The position numbers and the translations under genes were made by a program. Below, in pieces: positions 23,758 to 35,801 of a stretch of 64,000 bases of DNA (position 1 is its first letter; each line of letters opens with the position of its first letter). The DNA is taken from contig LSRY02000038.1 in the NCBI GenBank assembly GCA_001643675.2, positions 62,001 to 126,000 on the forward strand, given 5' to 3'. Below the pieces are notes generated by a model. That model had not been told where the DNA came from and did not search any database. It saw nothing but the letters and a program-made list of their open reading frames with translations. The stretch comes from Monocercomonoides exilis PA203. Taxonomy: Eukaryota > Protista > Preaxostyla.

Positions 23758-26345
23758 ATGTCCTTAATTTGCTTGCTTTTCATTACACAGCTATTTGCTG
23801 AAGATTGTAGGTTTAGAGCACATTCTCTTGTTACAGTTGAAAGTGCGGTCAACTGCTTGCGTCATCTTCCGGTAAACTTTGAATTATTCGATTCATTTTA
23901 ACTTTTATTGCATTGTTCATTAACTTTTATTCTTACAATTAGTACAAAAACTTTCCCAAAGAAGTGAATCAAACACTTGAAGCATTGGAATCATTTTTTG
24001 ATCAGTATGCCTACAGAGATACAACAGCAGATATTCCTGATCCCTTCAAAAAAGACAAATTCGACATTGTCAAAGCTTTAAATGAAATTAAAGGAACAAC
24101 GTTTAATGATGGATTCGAGTTTCACCAATCAATCGCAAATGCTGTAACAAAGTTGAATGATGCTCACACTGCGTATCATTATCCATGCTCTAATGCATTT
24201 GCATATGTTTTCCCATACAATTTCGAATTGCAAGCTCCAAATCCTTCAAATCCAAACAATGTCAATGTTGTTGTGAAGAAATCAGTTGTCGGAGGTGTTA
24301 CAGAAGCTTTCATAAGTGGTGGTGGACCAGATATCGTTGGGAAAACAGTCACAACTTTAATTCTTCCTGATATTAGTGCAAACGCATCAGAAACGCCAGC
24401 TAATACAATTGCCAGATGGAGCCGCGAACATGTTTCACTTTCTAGAACTCCTGCAGCCAAGTTAAATTATGCATTGGACGGTCAATTTGCATTAAGAATG
24501 CCATCATTGAGCCCACCACCGGAACCAGTATCCATGCGAGTGATGAATGGATCGAAGCAACTAACTTTGAAAATACCATTTTTTGCCTTGCCTTTGGTTG
24601 ATTCAACGAATGTGACGGATTTCTTTAACAAAGTCTGCCCTTCCAGATCTTCGAAAATTGAAGACGAAAAAGATTTATTTACGCTTGATGTTAAAGAGCC
24701 CGAAGAAGAATTCGATCAAATTATGAAGGAGCATTCCGAAGATGAAGCGTTTACAATGGTGTATGACAGGTTGAAGCACGATGATGAACTAAAACGAATG
24801 ATTGAGGCACAAAGAAGGATGTCATTCGAACTCGAGAGAGATGTTCTTAAGCAAATTCATCATCTGAAAAAATTAGGAAAAATCAGAAGCGAAGCGGATG
24901 ATACCAGGGATCTATTAGAAATTGCACGAAAGGCTACTGGTCAAAGCAGTGATGGAGACATGCTGCCAAGCATGGAAGTTCTTTCAACTGACGAAAATCT
25001 TTGTACTGGACTTATTCACGATTGGAAGTTAGGGGTTTGCCATATAAAATCGTTTTCTCCAGAATCAGATTATCTTCTGACCAATTGGGTTAAAGGCATT
25101 GTCAATGTTTTGGTGAAAGCGAAAAAAGCCGGTTACAAAATGATCTTTGATGTAAGAGGAAACGGAGGAGGAATTGTATTTCTTGGAGCGCAGTTGTATC
25201 ATCTGTTGTTCCCGAACATGTTTCCAATTATTCCGAAGTATTCCTTTGTGGAAGGGCCAGCCAACAATATGCTATTTAGGTCAATGCATGGAGACGATTC
25301 ATATACAGTGATAACAGAATACACCACATTGAAGCCAATTCCTGATTTGCTCAAACTTCCAGCGCGGAAAATTAGAAGAAATACATTAACTGGACAGCGT
25401 GAACAGAACTGGACTCAGCAGTACGCAATGAACTCAGACAGATACTTCGATATTCTCTTTTCGCCTTTTCTGCCAGCTGAATACAGAAACAAGCAAATGT
25501 TTGATGCAAATGACCTTTTGTTCATTACTGACGGTGAATGTGGATCAACATGCTCTCAATTCTTGAAACATGTTAAGGAAACACAGCAAGCTAAAGTGAT
25601 TGGATTAGGAGGAGCATTGAATCAGCAGACAATGCCATATGATATTGCCTCTTTTGCAGCAGGAAATGTGATCAGCTCAAGTACATTTGATGGTTATAAC
25701 ATTCAAGGCGTCAAAAAGTTCCCTCGCTATGGCACTTCTCTCTCTTATGTTATGAACACTGGATATTCATTTGATTGGAAAACACCTGATGAAGAGCTTG
25801 AATACAAGATTATTCAGCCTGATGAAGTTTATCCGTTGTATCCAAAAGTTGAGACGCAATTCACAGAAGAGGGATATGTGTCTGTGGCACAAGCTGTGAA
25901 GTATATGTTTGAAAAGTGCTTCTCATTCCAGGTTGCAGAAAACGATAACTGCACTGCTCCATCTGGCCAGCACAAGATATATGGAAGTCCTTGTGTTAAT
26001 GGAGCTTTCGATTACAGCAAATGTGTGTTCCGAAGATGTGAAGATGGATACTATCTTGATGCAAATAATGCTTGTGTCAAAACACCAAAGATATCTCCGA
26101 AAAGCTCATTTTCAGATGAATCATTGGATGGCGCCCAGAATACAAAGGAGAAAAGCGAGCAAAAACAAAATCAAAAGCAAAGCGAAGGAAAGGAATTGCA
26201 TTTTGGTGTAATTGGAGCAATTTCAGTTGGATGTGTTTGTGGAACGCTTGCCATCATTGGAGCTGCTGTTGTTGTGGCTGTGATGGTTAAGAAGAGAAGG
26301 ACTCAAAAGAAAGTCCTTCCAGAAGAGCAGCCATTGAATCCTTAA
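23758..26345 (+). CDS. Secreted/type I membrane peptidase S41 family (CPAF-like tail-specific protease)
   Basis: Signal peptide MSLICLLFITQLFA and intron 23872..23942 (GTAAAC..TAG), which splices in frame to the 793-aa ORF. Motifs LNDAHT, FDVRGNGGG and TDGECGSTC. Cys-rich segment, then C-terminal TM helix (GVIGAISVGCVCGTLAIIGAAVVVAVMV) followed by KKRR. Confidence 0.88.
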
Positions 26346-26765
26346 AAATTATATTCATTCGTTTTTCGTTTTTATTTGAAGAATAAGTTTTTGTTTTTTT
26401 TCTTATATTTGGAGCAAAGTTTTGGTTCTTTTTAATTTAAATTTTGAACCTTTAAAAGCTTCAGATGAGTGAACTCTTATAACTTTTATTTTATTTTTCG
26501 TTACAAATATTTTGTGATAATTTTTTATGTGAATAAATTATTTGATAATCATAATTTTTCATAATTCTTTTTTTGATAGCCATTTGCGAAAAACAAATGC
26601 GATACCCTTAACCATTTATTTTGGCTCTAAAAAACTATGATAATCAAAAATGAGTTGAACAAAAATGAGTGAAAAGAAAATCGATAACATAAAAGAAAGA
26701 AGAAAAATTCGAAGACAAAGTTTTATGCAAACTTTATAGAATATTGTTTTACTCAAAAAAATCAA

Positions 26766-27750
26766 TAGGGTCATAATTTTATTAGTACCCCGTTTTTTAT
26801 TAGATCCTAAAATTTTTTTTCTCATATTGCTTTATATAGAAGCTTATACGCAATGAGAATAATTTTAAAACAAATAATATATTATTATAAGGTTGTATAC
26901 CAAATATTTTTGAAAATCATTTCTTTTAAAAAAAGATCTGAATTTTTTTAGTTTTATTTTTTGATCAATGTTTTGCTCGTGTTTCCACGAGTTTTTGAAA
27001 CCAAGCATTTTCCTTGTTAGCATTGTTTTTAAACTTTTCTTTTTAACATTTTTGGTTATTTTATAACTATAGAAACTCTTTTTTTTCACTAGTTTTCACA
27101 CCTCACCTTTTTTTCGTAAAACTGAAATATAAACAAAGAGAATATTATTTACACCTTTTTCTTATGTTCAAATAATGTATTATTGTTTGTTACAAATATG
27201 TGATATGGAAAAAATATTTTACAAAAAACATTTGGCACACAAAATGAAAAAGACGATATTTTGTTTTTCGTGTTAAACTCGCCATTCTCAAATATTTATA
27301 TATTATAGCTTAATTTTATGATATTATACTAAATAGTGCATAATACGAACATAAGAAAAAGGTGTAAATAATATTCTCTTTGTTTATATTTCAGTTTTAC
27401 GAAAAAAAGGTGAGGTGTGAAAACTAGTGAAAAAAAAGAGTTTCTATAGTTATAAAATAACCAAAAATGTTAAAAAGAAAAGTTTAAAAACAATGCTAAC
27501 AAGGAAAATGCTTGGTTTCAAAAACTCGTGGAAACACGAGCAAAACATTGATCAAAAAATAAAACTAAAAAAATTCAGATCTTTTTTTAAAAGAAATGAT
27601 TTTCAAAAATATTTGGTATACAACCTTATAATAATATATTATTTGTTTTAAAATTATTCTCATTGCGTATAAGCTTCTATATGAAGCAATATGAGAAAAA
27701 AAATTTTAGGATCTAATAAAAAACGGGGTACTAATAAAATTATGACCCTA
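26766..27750. mobile_element. Non-autonomous foldback element: 404-bp near-perfect inverted arms and a 177-bp spacer
   Basis: 26766..27169 is the reverse complement of 27347..27750 (only one mismatch noticed, near 26833). Termini are TA|GGGTCATAAT...ATTATGACCC|TA. An identical 74-aa pseudo-ORF occurs on both arms. Confidence 0.9.
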
Positions 27751-28639
27751 ATTATAGCAAAATAACTTTGATTTGGGATGAGATATGGGATAGAATTTTT
27801 AGCAACATGAGATATAATGCAGATTGAATCAAGTTAATCAGATTAAAAAAATAATTAAAAATTGTGGGGGTTATTTAAAAAAACACCTGATTATTTGCAT
27901 TGACTTGTTTATTTTCCAAAAAACACATCAGATTTTGCATTGAATGTTCAAAACTTGAAAAAGAATAATATCAAATGATAAATAGAAAAGATTTATATAA
28001 AATACTGAAGTTATTTTTGATTTTCTTTTTTGCGAAAAATTTGATCTTTAAATAATCTTCTTCGAAAAAATGGAATAATTCGATAATTCGTTAAAAACGT
28101 TATTCAAACTAATGCAATCGAATATATGAGCTTCATAACGAGAGTTTGAATGATTGTTGTAATTAGAAATTCATTTTTCCCAATATACAAATCATAAAAG
28201 CTTCTGAAAACTTTTAGTTTATTTCTTCGCAATTGAGGGCTGTTACTGAAAACTGTTTGACCAATTGCAACTTCAATGCGATGCCTATCTATTCCCTTTT
28301 GATCACTTTGCTTTTTAAGTTTTGTGCAAAGGAAATTTTCAAATGATATTGTTTTTCATTTTTCGCTTTGTTGTTAAACAATATTATGAAATATAAACAA
28401 GAAATATATAAAACACTGAACGTTAAAATGTATATGTGGTTATTTTTCGAGATTTCGTTTTGAGTATTAAACATTTCTATTTTTAATAAATTTTACTTTT
28501 TCGATATTTATCTTCTTATTTAACCGATTATACGATTTTCTAACATGTTCCAAATTCTATAAACATTTTGTCTATTAATGCTCCATATTTTTAACTCTCT
28601 TCATCCCCAGGGTTACTCGCAAACAGATATTTTATTTCT

Positions 28640-29600
28640 ATGATCACATCTATTTATTCTCTCGCATCCCCGTCAACAGCTTTTTTTTTTTCAGCACACT
28701 CAAAACTCTATCAACAGATCTATCATATCTTCCGTCAACTACTCAGATAATTCACTCTCTGCCTTCAACGCTTCCTTTTTCCATCAAACTCGATCTTCAT
28801 CAAATGCTGCTGTGGTGCATGTTGGAAATGAATCTCAAAGAAAAACACCTGGAAGATTGGATTCGTTTGATGTTAACAGCCATAAATTTGAATGGTGCGA
28901 AGGAATTATTCAAATGGGGGAACTGGCCATGGGGGTGCGCTTTATGTTTCTTGTACAAACGCAAATCTCACGATCACTTCTTGTTTATTTACAAAATGCG
29001 CAAGCAATGACCACGGTGGAGCGTTATATTGCGATAGATTGTTGAAAATTGACATCACCAAATCCAATTTCACAAGCTGTTCAGCTGCTCATGGAGGAGC
29101 AGTTCACGCAAGGAATCCACAATCAAATTCTGTTTGGGCATTATCAGAAAACAAAGTTGAAAGTTGTTCAATAACGGGCAATTATGGAACTGTTGTGAAA
29201 TCGTGCTCGACAACATTCCATCAAATCCAAAATTCTTGTTCAAAAATTGTGTCTGTATCGCAAATACTGGTGGAAATGCGACTGGCGCAGTCACGTTTCA
29301 TTACCTCCACCAGTAATACCTCTTCAATATTTGCTCCAAGAATGCCAGTTCATCAACAATAAAGTCGAAAATCCAACTTCCTATGGTAGTGCTGGTATTC
29401 ATTGCACCAGAACAATTGATTGGATGAGCGGAATAAAATTCATCACATTTTGCTTCTTCGATGGAAATACTGCAACTAATAGCAGGGGGAATGATGTGTT
29501 CTTTTACGGAAGTGATATCACCCAATCCCCATTCCAGCAATGTGGATCAACAATCCCAGCTAAAAGAGTCTGGAATGCTAAAACTCCTGCAAAGGAGACT
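28640..29600 (+). pseudogene. Beta-helix (GGAxY/FxxC repeat) surface-type protein, frameshifted
   Basis: GHGGALYVSC, FTKC..DHGGALYCD, FTSC..HGGAVH and FCFFDGNTATNSRGNDVFF are spread over several frames. Confidence 0.7.
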
Positions 29601-29664
29601 GTCACACTTTGCTCCCTTTCATCACTTCTCCCCTTTATTCCTTCAATGAAATTCCACCTGCAAT

Positions 29665-30075
29665 TTTCCTTCTCCTTCTTCTTCTTCTTCTTCCTCCTCT
29701 TCCTCTTCCTCTTCCTCTACCTCTTCCTCTTCTTCTTCTTCTTCCTCTTCCTCTTCCTCTACCTCTTCCTCTTCCTCTTCCTCTTCCTCTTCCTCTTCCT
29801 CTTCCTCTTCCTCTTCCTCTTCCTCTTCCTCTTCCTCTTCCTCTTCCTCTTCCTCTTCCTCTTCCTCTTCCTCTTCCTCTTCCTCTTCCTCTTCCTCTTC
29901 CTCTTCCTCTTCCTCTTCCTCTTCCTCTTCCTCTTCCTCTTCCTCTTCCTCTTCCTCTTCCTCTTCCTCTTCCTCTTCCTCTTCCTCTTCCTCTTCCTCT
30001 TCCTCTTTTTCTTTTTCTTTTTCTTCTTTTTCTTTTTCTTCTTTTTCTTCCTCTTCTTCTTCTTCTTATTTTTCT
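29665..30075. repeat. Long (CTCTTC)n microsatellite
   Basis: About 40 uninterrupted hexamers (29763-30006) within a ~400-bp pyrimidine tract. Confidence 0.95.
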
Positions 30076-30845
30076 TCATCCCGTTCTTCCTCTCCATCTG
30101 CCAACTGCATCAAAGACAACGATACTTCCCCAGTCACTTCGACACATCCATTTCTTCTGAAGAGCATGACAAAAACTTTCCTTCTGATGACTCTTCTTTT
30201 TCATCCTCACCTGAACTCAACCCAGCCCAATCTGTATCTCAATCTGCCACTCCTTCTCCCTCTGCATCTTCCCTCTCTTCGCTCACTGATCGGACCCCGT
30301 CTGAGAAGCTTGCATTTAATCCATATAAAGTCTCTTTCTCTGCGATGGCTGTTGGCAGGGAGCAAGTGGAAGGACAGAGTTTGCTGCTCAGAAGCCGAAA
30401 TCGAAGCTCAGCCAGAAGAAGCGGCAATCAAAGCGGCAACATGAAAACCTGTTGAATGGGCAGTGGTGATTGAGAAGTTTTAGAAGCTTCAATAACAGGC
30501 TAACTCCGATTCACCACAAAAGCTAAGGAACAAGAAAGGGAAGAAGAATTTGGAAATAAAAAAGCAAAAATGAGAAATTTTAAGGAGAAATGAAATTGTA
30601 AGAAATGTTCGGTATTTGTTAATTGTTGTAATCTTCAAGTCACTTCACCCAGTCCATAAGGATTGGCTGGTTTTTCTTTTTATAGCTTTTGTGAAAAAAT
30701 TCTGTCCGTTTAAATATTTTCTGCTAAAATGGTCATAAAACACTTACATCTTCTTTTGTAACAAAAATCAATAAAAAAGTCAAAGAGAAAAATGTTAAAA
30801 ATCGAAAACACATCAAACGTGCTTGAACTGAAATGAGAAAAGTTT

Positions 30846-30963
30846 CAAAATGACTTCAAAATGATTCCAAAATGGATGAAAATAACTTAAAAATAACCTA
30901 AAAATTAATATAAAATGGCTTAAAATCGCTTAATAATGAATTCAAAATGTCTTCAAAATGAAT
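30846..30963. repeat. Degenerate 10-11-bp tandem repeat with phased A-tracts (CAAAATGACTT-like)
   Basis: About 11 units: caaaatgactt/caaaatgattc/caaaatggat/gaaaataactt/aaaaataacct/.../caaaatgtctt/caaaatgaat. Confidence 0.7.
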
Positions 30964-31165
30964 AACAGAAAAAAAAAAAAAAATGGAAAAGTGATGATTT
31001 CAAAAATTTTTCTCGTTATCTTTTCTGCAGCTTTCATTCAAACAGAAAAAAAAACCGAACAAGCAAAAGAAAGATGTTATTAATAAATTATTATTTTTTT
31101 TAAAACTTGAACAGTTCAATACACTTGTCAACTCAAAGTGATAACTCTGTTGTGAGTAAATGGCT

Positions 31166-33002
31166 CTACCTTAACATTCCGAACTTTTTCGCCCATCTCT
31201 CGCAGCGCTCAGCATCAATAGGCTTAACGGAAGGTCCGGTGTGCATAAGAGATGAAAGCATGTCCTCCTAATAAAGAATTACACAACGCAAAAAGAAAAT
31301 AAATAAATAAATAAATAAATAAAAACCAGTGTGACAGGAGGAGCGCATAGCTCTTTCGACGGTATGCTCATGAAATTCATTGCCACTGCGCCTGGCTCAG
31401 ATGGCGACACACCCACCCATTTCTCTTTCATAGTGCCATCAGCGTCTCTGACACGGTACTTTTTGAAGTGTGTGATTGACTCAAGCCGCCGAATTGGCTG
31501 CATCAGCGCATCACGCACAACAATATAAATGTCATGCCCAGAATATCTGAAAAGGAAAACAATTCATTTTTTATTTTTTCAAATAAAAGGAATTATTGCA
31601 ATAATATTTACAGAAAGAGAAAAAAAACAGCAAATGAAATTAATACGATATTCTCCATTTAATAAAAATTACATAGCAAACCCTTCGGTCTTTTCTCCTA
31701 AAAGCCTAAAGTCTTCTGATGTTAAAGTGTTTCGTGTGTTTCCCAAATGAATGCGGAACATTTTTTCTCTTGCGCTTGACTCCGGAAGAGGTATCAAAAT
31801 TTTCTTTTCAAACCCACTGATAACTGCCGAATCCAAACTCCATGGCTTGTTGGTTGCACCCAATAACAGGATCCCGTCGTTCTGAATGTCGAAGCCTTGC
31901 ATCTGCACCAGTAGTTCCCTCATGACTTTTCTTGCCGTTTCTGACTCTGCGTCTCCTCCCTTTCCGGAAATTGAATCGATTTCATCGATAAACACAATTG
32001 ACGGCTTGCTCTCTCGTGCCAATTCAAGTAGAGAGTTTGCAAACCGTTCGCTCTGCCCAACCCATTTCGACATCAGATCTGAAGAAGAAACAGAAAAGAA
32101 TGTAGCATCAGCTTCTGTCGCAACAGCTTTGGCCAAATATGATTTTCCTGTACCGGTTGGCTTTTAAAAATACAGAATCAAATAAATTTCATTAAAGATA
32201 TTTATTTTAAAAAAGATACATAAATTTTTTTGTTTTATCGTTTGAAAAAAATTTTTTTCTCCTCAAACCCCATAGAGCAAAATTCCTTTCCATGGCCTTC
32301 GCTTTTCATCAAATAAGTCTGGAAACTTTATTGGGAGAACGACTGCTTCTTTCAAAAATTGCTTTGCTTGTTCTAATCCAGCCACGTCACTCCATTTAAC
32401 ATTCGGCTTTTCTCTAACAATTGCACCTTCCAGAGCATCTTTCAAACCCTTGTCATCATCGTCTCCAGAACCTTTTCTATAATAAATGTGTGAAGTGGAT
32501 CAGTAATATGTGAACAAAAAAGATCAATTTATTGATATACGGTTTAGATTTTTGCCCATCTGTTGTTGGAGGTTCTTCTTTGGCTTTCTCGAGTTGAGAA
32601 AGTGCTTTTTGAATATCTTCAGCTCTTTTTAACATATCTATCAGAATCTCTTTTATTTTTTCCTTGAATTCATGATTGTTTTCATCTTTAGGAAATAAGT
32701 AATTTTTTATAAAAAGATTGTGTGTACTTTTCTTCATAAAAGAGCAAGAACAAACACTTAATTGCAAAAGACAATGCTTGGCTTCCTCTTTTATAATGTT
32801 CCAATGCTGATCGATAATCTTTGGCATTTTCAGCTGAAACAGCTAACTTATTACACTCCTGTGCCTGGAAATTATAAAAAAATGCAGAATCAATATTATT
32901 TTAAATCAATTCATAAAATAGATATATATTTCATGTGTTAATCAATTTTTTCGTGCATCCTACAATTCAAACCTGCTTGAAAAAGTTGTTTGGAATTGAC
33001 AT
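31166..33002 (-). CDS. VPS4: Vacuolar protein sorting 4 AAA+ ATPase paralog (MIT + AAA + beta domain + C-terminal helix), 7 exons
   Basis: Spliced by eye: [10 protein letters not shown] / MIT ([20 protein letters not shown]) / [37 protein letters not shown] / [33 protein letters not shown] / [16 protein letters not shown] / ..KFGMLR-TAG at 31166. All six introns are GT-AG and phases are consistent. Confidence 0.93.
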
Positions 33003-35801
33003 TTTTGATCGTTTAACCATAATCATATGCGTTTTCAATTTGCATTCAAATATCGCATTATTCTTGCAAATATGAAAAAAACTGGGATTTGTCCCAAACT
33101 TTTTCTACAATCATATTGTTAAAAATCAACAGTTTCAATGCAAATAAAAACAAAAAAAATACAAAAATGAGAAAAAGACTTGAAAAAACTGAGTGGAACA
33201 AAATACACAAAGCAAAACATTACGTCCAAAATTTTGACACATAATGAAAATGAAACAAACTTCTTCAAATATCAGAGATGAGATATTTTCCTGATGTTTA
33301 AAAGGAATTTGAACGAAGAAAAAAATGAATCAGTCGAATTCAATTCTTATAGAGAAAGGAATTGAAAAAAAAAATTATAATATAAAGCAAAAATCGAAAA
33401 ACAGAAGATGAAAAAGCAAAATGACTTTTCAACGAAACGTATAAATAATGAAAATTCTTGATGGTTTATCTTCAACATCAAGGATGTCAGGACATACGAA
33501 TGATGAAGACATTTTTCTTCAGTTTTCATCAAATGCTTTGAGAAATCAGAAATCCATATGACTTGGATTGAATGACGATCAGATGAGAAATGTCGCGAAT
33601 GCAGCTGTTCCATGAGAAGCATCCAGGAAGCACAACAATTCAACAACACCTTCAATTGTTCATCAAAAACAAAATAGAAAGGAATCAGAGAATTCTGTTG
33701 CTCAGCCTTAAGAATGATAAGAGCGGAAGGAAATTCGTATTCATTGTCAGAATGCTTCCTTTTGCACACATTTTTCTCTTTTTTTAGAGCAAACCAGATT
33801 CTCTTCGTTGGGATTCAATGGCTGCCACATCATATACAAATGGCTAATGAGAATGAATGGCTATTTCTTTTTGAATCTCTCTTCAACCCTGCCTTTTTCT
33901 TTTTCCTCAGCAAACAGCATACTCAGCAAAAGAAGAAGCACCTGTCTTTTCACTCATTTCTCATCTGGCACTCTCAGGATGTTTCATCTTCTTTATTGGT
34001 TTCTCCGCAAAGAACATCTCTCGTCAAATTATCATCCTCTTTTGTGGTTGCTGAACATGCTGAAATGACACGATAAACAACAACAGCTTCTTCAATGGTG
34101 ATTGAAAGCAAGTTAAACATGCTTTGGGTGATGCAAAAGAAAAAAGTCTTATTTAATGTGTTTCTTGAATTATGTTTGAATTGATGGTGATTGTCTGAAG
34201 GATTTCTCCTCATCATCAACTTCCTTCTTTTCTTCCTCTGCTTTCCAGACAATCTTCCTCATCTCTTTCTCTTTCTTCACTTGCATTTCGTGAAACATAT
34301 TTGCTGATTTGTTTTTTGGATTCTGTTGCCTTCCTCGTTTGATCCTTCAAATAAGTTGGAGAAGAAGAAGAAAAAGAAGGAGAAGAACCTTTCAAAGAAA
34401 TCGTTGTTGATGAAGAAGGAGAAAAGAAATATGAATTTCATCTGTTTTCAATGATCGGCTTGAATGAAAAAGAAGAAACAGAAGAGGCTTTTTTTTCCTT
34501 TTCACTTTATTCTTCATTGCTTCCTTTCAAACAGAAGGATATAATTCCTTTTGAAGATTTTGGAAAGAATAACATTGCTCCCCCAAATTTCAGAGGAAGA
34601 AGATGTTTTGATTGAAATCTTTGAACTTTGTTTGATGAAGACAGTTACGAAAAAGAAGAGGAAGAAGTTAATGTTGATGCTGAAGCATATGCCTGTCTGT
34701 CTGAATGATGTGCAAAGATGACATTATTTTCGAATCAATTCCTTCACTCAAAATAATCTTAATTATTTTCTCCCTCTCTCCCAGTTCGATTTTGCCTTTA
34801 TCTCATGTTTTCCCTTTCTCTTTGATTCATTCATAACAACCATCTCCATTCATTCAACATCCAATTTTCCCTTTTCTTCAATTCAATCCATAACATCTCC
34901 CATTTTTTCATCTCATCATCAAATTTGTCTTTCCTCTTTAAAATGAGCAATCGCACATTCAACGTCCGACATCACATCCATTTTGTGTGCTCTTGAGGCA
35001 GTGTTCTGTACCATTTTGTTTGAAATATGGCTATCATCTGTTGACTGATTATGACTCACCCATGGTTTGGTTCTGTTGATTTTGCACTTTCTTTCTTTGA
35101 GTATGCTCAGATGAAATGATTGAAGCCATTTCTTCGAAGAAGCAAGAAACATCATTGAAGATGGTTGTGTGTTGTATGATCATGGGCAAATTGTTTTGCT
35201 TGATGAAGTGTATCAATGTACCAAAATGAACAGAAATGTGAAAGAAGAAGATGCTTGAAGCAAATGAAATGAAATGAGCCAGATGAACTCTTCAGAGGAA
35301 GATGAATGGCAAAGGAGAGGAAGAGGTTTTATTGTGAACAAATGGTCTTTCATTTGACAACGTTGCTTATCGAAATAGCAACGAGTGAAAGAACTAAAGA
35401 TGATGAAGAAGAAGAAATTGGCTTTCTTTCCAGAAGGTGAGTCAAAAGAGGGAGAGTTGGATTTCTGCGCGATTGAAAATAAGAAGCACTTCTTCATTTC
35501 AAAAAAATGCACAATCCAATCAATCGAATTGAACAAAAAAGGGAAATGAGAAACTTTTCTTAACAATAAACACGTCATTTGAACCCCAATTAACAACAAA
35601 AAACTTGTCAAACTCACTCCATGTTGAACATACAAAAATATGATGGCGATTTCATTCGGACTTTTTGTTTAACAATTCCCTTTCACGAAGCAATTGTTCT
35701 TCCCTTCTGCCAAACAAAAAATATCGTCAATGAAGAGATCGAAGGAGAAGAGGAAGAAAATTTATTGTTCAAGCAAATTCAACTTGAAATGGAGGCATTA
35801 A

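Noticed and set aside
26865-27651. Two identical 74-aa ORFs on opposite strands
   Set aside because: A consequence of the inverted arms: GTG start, AT-rich composition and no motif.
29759-30097. Poly-RK 112-aa ORF (also the poly-L/FL/PL ORFs at 2349-3331, 13842-14129 and 29609-30160)
   Set aside because: These are by-products of stop-free microsatellites with no coding evidence.
33350-35800. Possible gene(s) between VPS4 and the Merlin element
   Set aside because: Only short, stop-riddled, low-complexity frames; nothing assignable.
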